Source: a virus | Taxonomy: Duplodnaviria; Caudoviricetes | Virus record (IMG/VR): IMGVR_UViG_3300017963_000032 | Location: 1-64,000 of that record | Strand: one strand, 5' to 3' | Length of the DNA: 64,000 bases | Part shown: one piece after another, positions 32,404 through 42,106 of the stretch | Position numbering within the stretch: position 1 is the first letter of the stretch | How the letters are laid out: each line of letters starts with the position of its first letter | The notes under the pieces: generated by a model | The model's input: the letters and a program-made list of their open reading frames with translations, nothing else | Databases searched by the model: none | Told to the model about the DNA's origin: nothing | Translations under genes and position numbers: made by a program

Positions 32404-32679
32404 ATGCAATGTTGCTATTGTAAGAGCAAGAAGGCGCATCTGCTCTTTGAAACGAAGAAAGAATCATACTATAAGTGTAATACTTGTGGTACGATGTTCT
32501 CAATCAAACGTGGTGAAGATATGAAAGACAAATCTGGCCGTAAAATGCATTATTATCATCCAACATTTGATGCAAGTTATTGTACAAGATGTACAAATAA
32601 AAATTTTTTAACACATAATATTGATAAAGTTACCTGCATTCTCTGCAAAAACAAGATTGAGAAGGCACTTCAAGGATAA
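32404..32679 (+). CDS. Zn-finger protein
   Basis: Four CxxC pairs. Confidence 0.5.
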   Translation: MQCCYCKSKKAHLLFETKKESYYKCNTCGTMFSIKRGEDMKDKSGRKMHYYHPTFDASYCTRCTNKNFLTHNIDKVTCILCKNKIEKALQG

Positions 32680-32983
32680 ATCATATATACAAATGTATAT
32701 CACATCCATATATCATTTTCATATTCAGTGGAAATAGAGGTCCACTGGAAATAAAGGCGGTTAAGTGCTCAAAGGATTGAATTTCTTAATTCTGGCCCCT
32801 CCTATTGGGATGCTGACCCCCCCTTATTTCTTGTGGAACTCTATTATATTATATATAGATTAAGCATATATTATATTATATTATATAAGAACTACATGAG
32901 AATTGAATATCACATCTCCAGTGGAAATGAAGGGGGGTGGGTTATATATTAGTATATACTAATCATATATACATTTGTATATC
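32679..32983. other. Candidate archaeal-type replication origin (ORB-like boxes flanking an AT-rich unwinding element)
   Basis: CTCCAGTGGAAATGAAGGGGGG 32916-32937 (+); GTTCCACAAGAAATAAGGGGGGG 32817-32839 (-); two more boxes at 32724-32760; (TATAT)n tract 32840-32890; 23-bp near-identical palindromic repeat at both ends. Confidence 0.65.
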
Positions 32984-33069
32984 TTAATGAAATGTAACCG
33001 AAAAGTATTTATATTACATATACTTTACACTCAAAATTAAGCATTAATCAATTAAACGAGGCGGAAAAT

Positions 33070-33255
33070 ATGGAATCGTGGAATAAACTCGTAGGAAAAG
33101 AAGTTGTAGTAATATACAATGACAATGGCAGGCATCCAATAAAGAAAATAGGATTTCTGCTGGAGCATGACTTACACAACTTTGCACTACAATCTGAAAA
33201 GAAAGACCCTGAAATTCTGAACAAGGCACAAATCATAAGGGTGGTGCCAAAATGA
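33070..33255 (+). CDS. Small protein, possibly Sm/SH3-like fold
   Basis: LVGKEVVVIY...G.L pattern; BRE-TATA upstream. Confidence 0.4.
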   Translation: MESWNKLVGKEVVVIYNDNGRHPIKKIGFLLEHDLHNFALQSEKKDPEILNKAQIIRVVPK

Positions 33256-33611
33256 AACAACAAAAATTAATCAGACTTAGTGAAGATGTTCTCAAAGACA
33301 TTCAACTAAATGACTGCATGGATAACTTCTCTGACTGGGTAGAAAGAGCCTATAGAAATGAGTTCATGACCATGAAGAACAAGAAAGAGCAACTGGAGAA
33401 AATCAAAGCTGAAGCAGAAAGACTAGAGAAAGAAGTTGCATTGATGAAAGAAGAAGATGAGAAGAGAATGTCAAAGAGTGACAGAGTTTTCTGCAACATC
33501 TGCGGAGAGTCAGCAATAGATGAAGTCAAAATTAATGGACTAATCACTTGCAAGCAATGTTACTTGACAAGAAGTGAAGAGCTCAGAAAAAAGAGAAGGG
33601 ACGGACAATGA
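33252..33611 (+). CDS. RHH-like regulator with coiled coil and Zn finger
   Basis: KLIRLSEDVL...FSDWVERA; CNIC/CKQC. Confidence 0.5.
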   Translation: MKQQKLIRLSEDVLKDIQLNDCMDNFSDWVERAYRNEFMTMKNKKEQLEKIKAEAERLEKEVALMKEEDEKRMSKSDRVFCNICGESAIDEVKINGLITCKQCYLTRSEELRKKRRDGQ

Positions 33612-33985
33612 CTTGGCAATGTAAAAAGGGGTGTAGCGAGTGTTGCGGAGTCATACCAATGAAGAAAGACTGGGCCAAGAAGCACGAGAAAAAAGCAATG
33701 GTCCAGCCAGAAGAGATACTTCCATTCATCAAAGATGACGAGATTGTAGTGATGACAGAGGACTGCAAGTGCGTTTTTTTAGATAGAGTTAATAATAAGT
33801 GTGTCGTATATAATGATAGACCTGAGATTTGCAGGAAATATGGGCGTAGCGAAGATATTCCATGCAAGTACATAAAACCCAATGGAAACCCCAGAAGTCC
33901 TGCGCAAGTTAAGAGAGTTAGCAGACAGGTCGACAAACAACTGACGCACTTTATGCAGAGGTTGGCAAAAGAGGTGGAAAGATGA
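33608..33985 (+). CDS. YkgJ-like CxxxCxxCC metal-binding protein
   Basis: CKKGCSECCG...CVFLD...CVVYNDRPEICRKY. Confidence 0.85.
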   Translation: MTWQCKKGCSECCGVIPMKKDWAKKHEKKAMVQPEEILPFIKDDEIVVMTEDCKCVFLDRVNNKCVVYNDRPEICRKYGRSEDIPCKYIKPNGNPRSPAQVKRVSRQVDKQLTHFMQRLAKEVER

Positions 33986-34176
33986 GCATTGACCAAACAG
34001 TGAAGGAGAAACCTAAATACCAACAACCACACAACATACATTTTAATCTGGGTTATCACAACCCAGCATTGTACGAGCATCTTAGATTGAAGGAACATGC
34101 AAGGCAGAAATATGATGCAATGTACAATCAACAAAAAAAAGGAGGCGGTTATAATGAGGATAGAGTTGGAAGGTAA
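33982..34176 (+). CDS. Hypothetical protein
   Basis: Coupled ORF. Confidence 0.4.
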   Translation: MSIDQTVKEKPKYQQPHNIHFNLGYHNPALYEHLRLKEHARQKYDAMYNQQKKGGGYNEDRVGR

Positions 34177-34426
34177 GCAAGTGCTACTGGGTGTACTCAT
34201 TACTATATTACTATTGGGTACACTAGTGGCTTTGCCAATGTATACATACAAGTTAGGAAAAGACAGTAAAACAACATGCACGTACAGGCCTGCAAAGTGT
34301 CCGGTATGTCCTGTGTGTCCTGAGACACCAGAGAATTTAGACATTAATCTGAACAGCAAAGGGGATTGTATTATGATAACTCAGCCCGGAGACAAAGAAG
34401 GAACCATGAGGTGTAAGTTAACATGA
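34154..34426 (+). CDS. Single-pass membrane protein with CPVCPVCP motif
   Basis: GGAGGCGG RBS; hydrophobic helix. Confidence 0.55.
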   Translation: MRIELEGKQVLLGVLITILLLGTLVALPMYTYKLGKDSKTTCTYRPAKCPVCPVCPETPENLDINLNSKGDCIMITQPGDKEGTMRCKLT

Positions 34427-34656
34427 CATGGTTCGAGACTTATCTTTATCATCAGTATGGTAGCAAAAAGACTATGTTGATTGATTGGTACAGAATACCT
34501 GATGGGATAGATGCTTACAAAGACAGCCACGGAGTCAACTACAATTACATGAGAGACCAACTCAAAGACATGGGAGATGTCATGGGCTTTGACAATCCAA
34601 AAGCAAAGATAGAGAAGAGGGCAGACGTCACTATAGATGACTGCATTGGACTATGA
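34423..34656 (+). CDS. Hypothetical protein
   Basis: Coupled ORF. Confidence 0.5.
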   Translation: MTWFETYLYHQYGSKKTMLIDWYRIPDGIDAYKDSHGVNYNYMRDQLKDMGDVMGFDNPKAKIEKRADVTIDDCIGL

Positions 34657-34937
34657 AAGTAATTGATTTGCTAAAGAAAGCATTGTCTCATTGGGGGATA
34701 GACATGCAAGCTGGAATGTTGAATGAAGAGATGGCAGAGTTAACAATAGCAGTTAATAAGTACAGAAGAAAGCCAAACAAGATAACCAAAGCAGCTGTTG
34801 CAGAAGAGATTGCAGACGTTAGGATAATGCTGGAGCAGATAGAGTTAGCATTCAAAATAACTCCAGAGCAAAAAGCTTATTGGAGAAAACATAAGTTGTA
34901 CAAGTTAGAGAGGTTGATTGAACATGGGAGAAGATGA
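34653..34937 (+). CDS. MazG-like nucleotide pyrophosphohydrolase
   Basis: EEMAEL...EEIADVRIMLEQ. Confidence 0.85.
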   Translation: MKVIDLLKKALSHWGIDMQAGMLNEEMAELTIAVNKYRRKPNKITKAAVAEEIADVRIMLEQIELAFKITPEQKAYWRKHKLYKLERLIEHGRR

Positions 34938-35358
34938 TTTTTATGAAGAAGGAGACACTTGCCCAAGCTGTAAGAAAGGGATGCTTGTTGTTGGAGTACC
35001 AAGCGAAGCTACTGGTGGCTTGTGTGAGTTGAGATGTCAGGATTGTAATTATGATGCGACCGATGATGACACAAAAGGATACACAAAAAATCCATGGGGA
35101 TGGGAGAAGATAATACACCAGAACAAGAAGTGGACTGTTAAGCTCTTACATATCAAAGCAGGACACCAACTAAGTGAACAGTATCATACTAAGAAAGGAG
35201 AGTTTATGTTTGATGAAGAGAAGATGCGTTATTTTCCTGCAAAGACTGTTCATAGGCCTAGCGCAAAAGGAAGGAAGACAGACCTAGAAATCATAGAGGT
35301 CTCAACAAACGTCAAAGATGAGATAGTCAGACTTAAAGATGACTATGGAAGAAAATGA
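34924..35358 (+). CDS. Zn finger fused to cupin (mannose-6-phosphate isomerase type)
   Basis: KNPWGWEKII...KLLHIKAGHQLSEQYH...E. Confidence 0.7.
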   Translation: MGEDDFYEEGDTCPSCKKGMLVVGVPSEATGGLCELRCQDCNYDATDDDTKGYTKNPWGWEKIIHQNKKWTVKLLHIKAGHQLSEQYHTKKGEFMFDEEKMRYFPAKTVHRPSAKGRKTDLEIIEVSTNVKDEIVRLKDDYGRK

Positions 35359-36086
35359 AAAACTTAATCTTAGACATGGATGGAGTTATCAGTGAGAGCA
35401 GAACTCCTGCAAGTTCTGATATGATTATTGAGCTTGCAAGACTCGCAGAGAAGTACAGGCTTTGCGTAATCTCTGGAGGAACTTTATCTTTGATGAAGTA
35501 TCAGTTCTTAGATAGATTACTTGGAGCCCTCCCACAAAGAGTTTACATTGATTTGCTTCCAACATCTGGTCTTGCTTATTATAGGACTGCTATGGGCGAG
35601 ATTGTGGAATGGTATTTTGAAGAGATGCAGCATGACTTGAGGATAAAAATAGTCAGGATTGCAAGTGAAGTCTTAAAGAAATCTGCAACCAAACCGATTA
35701 CTCTTGATGTAATTGAAGACAGGCAAACTCAAATTACAATTTCTGTTCTTGGAAGGAGCGCACCATTAGAGGACAAAAAAAGATACGACCCGCTTGGAAC
35801 AAAGAGAAAGCATTTAGTTACCAAGCTGAAGAGATTGCTCCCGTCTGGACTGTCAATTAAGATTGGAGGCACAACAAGTATAGATATTACAGAGGATGGA
35901 AAGGACAAAGGATATGGCCTAAACAGTTACAGAGAGAGAACAGGGATAAGATTCCAAGATTCGATGTATATAGGAGATAGCTTGCACAAAGGAGGCAACG
36001 ATTATCCTGCAAAACTGCTCATGCCAGAGACAAGCTTTAACGTTAATAGCCCCGAAGAAGCCTTGAAATTGCTTAAAAGTCTGTAA
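35355..36086 (+). CDS. HAD-IIB phosphomannomutase-like enzyme
   Basis: LDMDGV; IGGTTSIDIT; KGYG; YIGDSLHKGGND. Confidence 0.85.
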   Translation: MKNLILDMDGVISESRTPASSDMIIELARLAEKYRLCVISGGTLSLMKYQFLDRLLGALPQRVYIDLLPTSGLAYYRTAMGEIVEWYFEEMQHDLRIKIVRIASEVLKKSATKPITLDVIEDRQTQITISVLGRSAPLEDKKRYDPLGTKRKHLVTKLKRLLPSGLSIKIGGTTSIDITEDGKDKGYGLNSYRERTGIRFQDSMYIGDSLHKGGNDYPAKLLMPETSFNVNSPEEALKLLKSL

Positions 36087-36090
36087 GAAA

Positions 36091-36132
36091 AACGAAACAT
36101 TTATATACTAGCTATACTTACATAAGTGTAAG
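36091..36132 (+). promoter_or_regulatory. BRE-TATA promoter with CTTAC-N6-GTAAG palindrome
   Basis: AACGAAACATTTATATA then CTTACATAAGTGTAAG (36117-36132). Confidence 0.65.
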
Positions 36133-36160
36133 ACGTTAAATCAAGTCGGAGGCGAGACAA

Positions 36161-36463
36161 ATGGAAATAAAACAAATCGAATCAAAGGTTAAGGACATGG
36201 CGCATATATCTGGGTACAAACCAGAAGAGTACAGCAAGTGTGAACTTGTAGATGCACAAAGGAGAATTAACGCATTGATGTCATGGGCTAATATAAATGA
36301 AGATGCAGACCTAATGCAAGCATGTCATAATGTAGCAAAAGAGTTTGTTTGGCAGAAAGGCTATGCACAAGAACCTAACGAATATATCCTTGTACAAGAA
36401 CAGAATATTCACGAATCAGTTCAAAGAGTAATTGATAAGATTAGGGAAGAGAAAAATGAATAA
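36161..36463 (+). CDS. Hypothetical protein
   Basis: GGAGGCG RBS. Confidence 0.6.
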   Translation: MEIKQIESKVKDMAHISGYKPEEYSKCELVDAQRRINALMSWANINEDADLMQACHNVAKEFVWQKGYAQEPNEYILVQEQNIHESVQRVIDKIREEKNE

Positions 36464-36592
36464 GAAAGAACTCATACAAGAAATGAAGGAAAACATCAAA
36501 CCATATGCTTTACCAAGAAGTATTAACAGCAGGAGCAAAGCAGAGCTCGAGAAAACTTATGAAGAAGCTAAGAGACTGGGGTTGACAAAACA

Positions 36593-37237
36593 ATGAAGGC
36601 CAAAGCTTCTTTTTCAATTCTTTTACCATACTTGATGACAGAGTACGAGCAACTAAAACCTCTTGCAATAGCAACAGTCAAGGAGGGCACAAGATACAGA
36701 TGGTACTTCAACTGGGAAGACTTCGAATCAGTTGCAAAGCTCGTAGGAAAAGACATCGAGTTCGAGAAAGGAGAAATCGAAAGCATGTTGGAAATGAGCC
36801 CTGCAATGAAAAGAGCAATAAAGACAGACAGATACAAAGGCACAGGAAAGTTTGAAATCAAATGGAGAAGCCCTAAGATTTACATTATAGAAACAATCAT
36901 TAACAAAAAAGTCGTGCAGAAGAAGATACCTGTTGAAGCAATTCAAACAGCATGGGATGTAATGAGGAATTACCCCATTAACAAACCTATCAAGACCAGA
37001 ACAGTTGCTGAAAGAATTTGTGACCTCTTAGGAATAGACCGATTCAACAGGGAAGAGTCAGGAACATTTGACTTTGCAAAGTTCTTCGGAGAGAGAGCAG
37101 ACTATTACCGCTACTTTTATGCGCCAATAAAAGTATTGGAGGCCGAGGGGGTGGTCCTCCATCATAAAGATGGGCGTGTAGAGAGAACAGTTGACAGCTG
37201 GGAATTACAGACTGAGTTCGATGAGGATGTACAATGA
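36593..37237 (+). CDS. Hypothetical protein
   Basis: 214 aa ORF. Confidence 0.6.
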   Translation: MKAKASFSILLPYLMTEYEQLKPLAIATVKEGTRYRWYFNWEDFESVAKLVGKDIEFEKGEIESMLEMSPAMKRAIKTDRYKGTGKFEIKWRSPKIYIIETIINKKVVQKKIPVEAIQTAWDVMRNYPINKPIKTRTVAERICDLLGIDRFNREESGTFDFAKFFGERADYYRYFYAPIKVLEAEGVVLHHKDGRVERTVDSWELQTEFDEDVQ

Positions 37238-37589
37238 GCGCAGTATACAAAGTGATGTGCCCCAAGTGTGGGGGAAAGCAACTTACAGAACCAAGAGGAC
37301 TAATAACTACTGCTAGGAAGAAGTGTGTTTATTGTGGCAAGAGCTTCAAGATTCACACCCACATAGCAAAGAGCAGTACAATATTGGAGCGAGTGAGGTA
37401 ATAAAAATGGATGATATACATGATGTACACTGCACAGACACAGTTGAGAGTTGTAAAGATTGCCCAAGATACATGGATGATTGCGATGGAATGGAAGGAA
37501 CAGACGATGACTAGGTTTCACATGAAAATAACCGAAAATTATATATATGACAAGTGTTTAATGAATAAAAACACATGCAGGTGATGTTC

Positions 37590-37721
37590 ATGAAAATAGA
37601 AGTAGAGGCGGAAGAAACACTCAACAAAAAGGTGCCAGTGACGAAATCACCTTCGCCAGCCATATATGTTCCTAAACATTGGGAAGGGCGGAAAATATTG
37701 ATTATCTTAGAAAAAGAATAA
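37590..37721 (+). CDS. DUF2080-like small archaeal protein (43 aa)
   Basis: KKVPVT...AIYVPKHWEGRKILII pattern; GGTGA RBS; own TATA promoter. Confidence 0.6.
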   Translation: MKIEVEAEETLNKKVPVTKSPSPAIYVPKHWEGRKILIILEKE

Positions 37722-37736
37722 TTGGAGGCGAGATAC

Positions 37737-38183
37737 ATGACAAACGAAATAGAAGGTATCGTAGAGAATGTCAGTCAAAAGACTGGCGGAATCTGCATAG
37801 GTGGAAAGTGGTACAGCAGTACAGACAGAACAAAGAAATTTGTTTTGCAGGCCAACAAAGGAGACAAGGTCAAGATAGAGATTGACGATAAGAACGCAGT
37901 CAACTTCATCAAGACATTGCAAAAGAATTCTAATTCTGGAGGCAATTCACAACCTATGAATGTTCCAGAAGAAAGAGTAGAGACCAACGAAGAGCAAAGA
38001 AAAAGGGTAGTCGAAAACATGGGCAACATCCATAGAGATTGCATGGAAAAGACTATTGAGAATCTTAGCTCAGAGAAGTTTACTTTTATGAAGGAACTTC
38101 CGATAGACAAGAAGTCAGAGCTCATTGGCCAACAGACTAGCACACTTTTTATCCAAGTATGCAAGGCTTTAGGGTACAAATAA
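37737..38183 (+). CDS. Possible OB-fold ssDNA-binding protein
   Basis: N-terminal beta domain plus N/S/G-rich linker; weak. Confidence 0.35.
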   Translation: MTNEIEGIVENVSQKTGGICIGGKWYSSTDRTKKFVLQANKGDKVKIEIDDKNAVNFIKTLQKNSNSGGNSQPMNVPEERVETNEEQRKRVVENMGNIHRDCMEKTIENLSSEKFTFMKELPIDKKSELIGQQTSTLFIQVCKALGYK

Positions 38184-38198
38184 ACGGAGGCGGAAACC

Positions 38199-38456
38199 AT
38201 GGAATTAAAATACAAAGAACTGAACATAAAAGAGAATGATTCAGACGAGACAGCAATAGCAGTATTTGATGGACAGACAGGAGCAAGTATGACCATCAAA
38301 CTTCAGATAAGAGGGGACAAAGAAGAAATCGACAAGTTCTTGAAAGAACACAAGATAACTGCATACAATCAAGTCATCAGTGCAGAGTTCAAGAACAATC
38401 AGAAGACTCTTGCAGAGAGTACAAAAAAACCTGAAGAAGAAAAGAAAGCTGAATGA
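38199..38456 (+). CDS. Hypothetical protein
   Basis: GGAGGCGG RBS. Confidence 0.55.
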   Translation: MELKYKELNIKENDSDETAIAVFDGQTGASMTIKLQIRGDKEEIDKFLKEHKITAYNQVISAEFKNNQKTLAESTKKPEEEKKAE

Positions 38457-38728
38457 ATACTGATAGATACAAAAAGGCTGAAAAACTAATCACTGAAGGG
38501 CAAGTAGTACTAGAGTCAAAAACTCAGAAGGCATTGTACTTCAAAGTCAAATGCTATGATGTAAGAATAGGTATGGAACAGAACAGTTGCACTTGTCATC
38601 ATTACACTTATGATGCAGGATTAAAAAAGAACTGTTCCCATATCATTGCAGCTGAAGCATATTTAGTTTTCCAGTCTTATAAGATTGTGAAAAATGGAAC
38701 CGCTAATAAAAGAAGAAGACCTAAGTAG
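38453..38728 (+). CDS. SWIM Zn-finger protein
   Basis: CTC...CSH. Confidence 0.75.
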   Translation: MNTDRYKKAEKLITEGQVVLESKTQKALYFKVKCYDVRIGMEQNSCTCHHYTYDAGLKKNCSHIIAAEAYLVFQSYKIVKNGTANKRRRPK

Positions 38729-38871
38729 GAAATGCAAAAATTGTTATTATATGAGGGAGCATTTAGAGAATGGGGCTGAACTCCCAGTTGACTGTGAAAG
38801 AAGAGTGAGGACAAATAACCTTGTCACTCCATGCAAAAACAAACCAGTCATAGAAAAAATGTTCAAAACTA

Positions 38872-39312
38872 ATGGAGAAGAAGATGATGAAGAAGATTGA
38901 AGAAGGAGTAGGAGACCTTCAGCAACAGATTCAAGATAATGACAGCTTGATGATTTACAAGAAGCTTCAAGAGAGCAAGAAGTTCAGACGGATGATGGAC
39001 ACACACTTTGATATAAAAGTCAAAGTAGATACCATGGAACCGATAGAGATAACAGATACTGAGAAAGGACAATCCATGGTTCAGATTGGAATGAAGAGAG
39101 GAGTAACAATCAGAGAGAGAAACATTATTGAAAGATTCTTTGCAAGAATATTAATCAGATGTCATGAGATAATCAAAAAATTGGAGGCGAGACATAATGA
39201 CACTACACGAGGAGACTCAGGAACTTCATGTAAATGCAGTGGAGACAAGCACATGCATGATAGGGAAGGAAAGGGAAGAGACAAAGGAAGGCTGGATAAG
39301 CATAAAAAGTAA
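38872..39312 (+). CDS. Hypothetical protein (boundaries uncertain)
   Basis: ORF overlaps neighbours. Confidence 0.35.
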   Translation: MEKKMMKKIEEGVGDLQQQIQDNDSLMIYKKLQESKKFRRMMDTHFDIKVKVDTMEPIEITDTEKGQSMVQIGMKRGVTIRERNIIERFFARILIRCHEIIKKLEARHNDTTRGDSGTSCKCSGDKHMHDREGKGRDKGRLDKHKK

Positions 39313-39457
39313 AGACCTTCACAAGTACAAGAACCACACACTCAAGATAAAAATTATTGTAGAAGAGGACTTAGGAATATTCTGTGTCCACTGCAATACT
39401 AAACTAGAAGAAGAAAAAAAGATGTGCGCCAAGTGCGGGAGGAAAGTGTTACGATGA
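39197..39457 (+). CDS. Hypothetical protein with C-terminal Zn ribbon
   Basis: GGAGGCG RBS; CVHC/CAKC. Confidence 0.5.
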   Translation: MTLHEETQELHVNAVETSTCMIGKEREETKEGWISIKSKDLHKYKNHTLKIKIIVEEDLGIFCVHCNTKLEEEKKMCAKCGRKVLR

Positions 39458-40251
39458 AGATAGGAGTTATAGGTTGCGGAGTTGTTGGAGGTACAATCCT
39501 CACTGGCTATAAAGCTTTAGGTTATGATGTTCTTGGTTATGACCCTTACAAAGATGAATATATAACTACATCTTTTGATGATATAACAAAGTGTGATGTT
39601 TTATTCTTATGTTTACCAACAGTCCCAGATTCTTCAGATAAGATGATTATGAAACCTTTGGATGAAACATTTGAGAAACTAAACGAGAGAGAATACAAGG
39701 GCTTAATAATTCTGAAGTCAACAGTAATTCCCGGTACTACAAGAAAGTATGCCCTTAAATATCAGAAGCTAGATATACTCCATAGCCCGGAATTCTTGAC
39801 AGAAGCAAGAGCAACATTTGATTTCTTCTGCCCTGACAGAATAGTTGTTGGCAGCACAGACAAGTACATCAATGAACAATTCTTTGAGATTCATAAAATA
39901 TTCAACTGTCCAATAATGGAAGTTGATGCAGAAACAAGTGAGCTAGCAAAGTTCATGAGCAATGCTTTCTTTGCAACAAAGGTAAGCTTCGCAAATGAAT
40001 GGAACGAGATTGCTTTACACTACAGAGCAGACTATGATGCTGCAAAGAGAGTTCTTTACACAGACAAAAGAGTTGGAGCTGACCATCTATCCATCAATGA
40101 AGACAGAGCTTACGGTGGAATGTGTTTGCCTAAAGATGTGACACAGATAACCAAGGACTTAAATGACCAAGGGATAACACCATTGCAGCTTGAAGCTACT
40201 GATGATGTCAATGGTAGAACACAGAAATTAATCAAGAGGGATAAACAATGA
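39454..40251 (+). CDS. ugd: UDP-glucose/GDP-mannose dehydrogenase family protein (short form)
   Basis: IGVIGCGVVG; KSTVIPGT; SPEFL; KFMSNAFFATK; YGGMCLPKD. Confidence 0.88.
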   Translation: MKIGVIGCGVVGGTILTGYKALGYDVLGYDPYKDEYITTSFDDITKCDVLFLCLPTVPDSSDKMIMKPLDETFEKLNEREYKGLIILKSTVIPGTTRKYALKYQKLDILHSPEFLTEARATFDFFCPDRIVVGSTDKYINEQFFEIHKIFNCPIMEVDAETSELAKFMSNAFFATKVSFANEWNEIALHYRADYDAAKRVLYTDKRVGADHLSINEDRAYGGMCLPKDVTQITKDLNDQGITPLQLEATDDVNGRTQKLIKRDKQ

Positions 40252-40765
40252 AATGTCCTAAGTGCGGAAAAGAAGGATGCAAGTACGTTGATGAGAAAAA
40301 GCTCAAAGAAGTTGAAGATAAAAATAAAGTGAAAAGGAAAATGTATGCAAGAGATTCAAACAAAGTCATATGCAACAAATGCGGTTACGAGGGAAACGCA
40401 TGACTCTCGCAATCAGTCAGATGTTTTGCCACGTGTTCACCAAGGGGGTTATCTCTTTTCCCTCCTTTCTTAGCGCAGCTTTTCATAGACTGGCGATGAG
40501 GTTTTGAATATGGCTAAGTGTTATAACTGCGGAAAGGAACTTGAAGACATCATGAAAGAAGAAGGTTACGAGACAGTGTTCAGATGTCATAATTGTGGCG
40601 CTTTGAACAGTGTAAGGGGGGAAGAATGATGAGTCCGATTGAATTAATCATATGGGAACTTAAACAGATAACTGCTGCTGAACTAATCATCATGGTTATC
40701 TTGATAATATTCTTGAGTTGGGACATATATAAATTTTCAATGCTCAAGAGATGGAGGAATGAAAA

Positions 40766-41407
40766 ATGATAAAAGAAATCATAGACAAGCAAGCGCTTGC
40801 ACTTAATGAAAAGAACAGAGCAGGAAGAAGTCCAACAAGGAATTACTTTTATGCTTCAGAAGCTGGCAAATGCCACAGAGCAATATTCTTTAGTATGACT
40901 GGAGTGAAAGGAAAGCCTAAAGACGCTAGGACAATCAGAATATTTCAGAACGGAGACTCAGTTCATGAAAGACTCTGCAAGTATTTGAAAGAAGCAGGCG
41001 TTCTAGTTTGTGAAGAGAAAGAGATGAACAATCAATCTCCAGAGATTCATGGAAGAGTTGATGCAATCGTTGAGCTTAACGGAGAGCAGATTCCTTTGGA
41101 GTTCAAGAGCGCAAATATCAGAACTTTAGCTCAACCATATCCTGAACATGTAAAACAGATAATGCTCTACATGCACGTAGGAAATTACAAGAAAGGAATG
41201 CTCGTTTATGAATCAAAGCAGACTCAGGAAATATTTGAGTTCGAGATTGTTTATGATGAAGAGCACGCAAAGAAAATCCTAGAATCATTCAAGGAAGTTG
41301 AGGAGTGCTACAAGAAGAACGAGACTCCAAAAAGAGCAGATGTAATGGTCAGAGCAAAGTACCCATGTACTTACTGTGATTATGCAGACGAGTGCTGGAA
41401 GGAATAA
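40766..41407 (+). CDS. cas4: Cas4-like PD-(D/E)xK exonuclease (stand-alone)
   Basis: ASEAGKC; GRVDA; EFKS; Q...Y; CTYCDYADEC Fe-S ligands; no CRISPR array in window. Confidence 0.8.
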   Translation: MIKEIIDKQALALNEKNRAGRSPTRNYFYASEAGKCHRAIFFSMTGVKGKPKDARTIRIFQNGDSVHERLCKYLKEAGVLVCEEKEMNNQSPEIHGRVDAIVELNGEQIPLEFKSANIRTLAQPYPEHVKQIMLYMHVGNYKKGMLVYESKQTQEIFEFEIVYDEEHAKKILESFKEVEECYKKNETPKRADVMVRAKYPCTYCDYADECWKE

Positions 41408-41408
41408 A

Positions 41409-41804
41409 ATGCCAGACAAAAAAACAGATGAGATGATTAAGCAAATCAAAGACCAAGAATGCTGTTGGCCAGATTGTGAGCAGAAGAACATGATGACATG
41501 TAGCTTACCATTTGTAAAAGATGTAGATGGAAAGTTAGAGGTTCAACAGGACGTCCAACTTACTGCACCATTTTGCAAAGACCATTTCATGTACGGAATG
41601 TCAGGGTACTTCAGTGTTCTAGAAAGAAATGGAGTCAAACAAATCTATGGACCTTTTGATGTATTCAGAATGGCAGAGATTGTTTATGAGACCAAGCAGG
41701 TAAAAGAGGGAAAATGTCCACACCATACCAAAGAGGAGCAAGATTCGAATACAGAATCATCTACTACCTCCAAGACAAAGCCGCAATCGAAGGCAGAGAA
41801 GTAG
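41409..41804 (+). CDS. Hypothetical Cys-containing protein
   Basis: ORF, overlaps next gene. Confidence 0.5.
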   Translation: MPDKKTDEMIKQIKDQECCWPDCEQKNMMTCSLPFVKDVDGKLEVQQDVQLTAPFCKDHFMYGMSGYFSVLERNGVKQIYGPFDVFRMAEIVYETKQVKEGKCPHHTKEEQDSNTESSTTSKTKPQSKAEK

Positions 41805-42106
41805 AGATAGAAAGAAGCATGGGCAGTAAAGGTCCTGCTGATATTAAAGTCTACTGGCCTGACATAGATGAGTGGTGGTTCATACAAGCCAAGCTTCACA
41901 AAGTTTCGCTAAGCATAAAAGAAAAAGAAGGCTTACAAAGATTGAAGGAAAAGGCTGAAGCAAGGAAACATAAAGCAAAATGTTTCATGGTATATTCAGT
42001 CAAGGACAGGAGAGATAAAAGAAAGAGACCAATCATATGGGAGGAACTCAAACATGAGCAAGCTGAAAAGACAGATGAAAGAAAACCAAATGATGCGGAT
42101 GCTTGA
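41714..42106 (+). CDS. hjc: Archaeal-type Holliday junction resolvase-like nuclease
   Basis: YQRGARFE; RSMGSKGPADI; IQAK. Confidence 0.75.
   Translation: MSTPYQRGARFEYRIIYYLQDKAAIEGREVEIERSMGSKGPADIKVYWPDIDEWWFIQAKLHKVSLSIKEKEGLQRLKEKAEARKHKAKCFMVYSVKDRRDKRKRPIIWEELKHEQAEKTDERKPNDADA

Noticed and set aside
33583-34359. 258-aa minus-strand ORF and other minus-strand ORFs in the track
   Set aside because: Antisense shadows of well-supported + strand genes; no RBS, promoter or recognisable motifs
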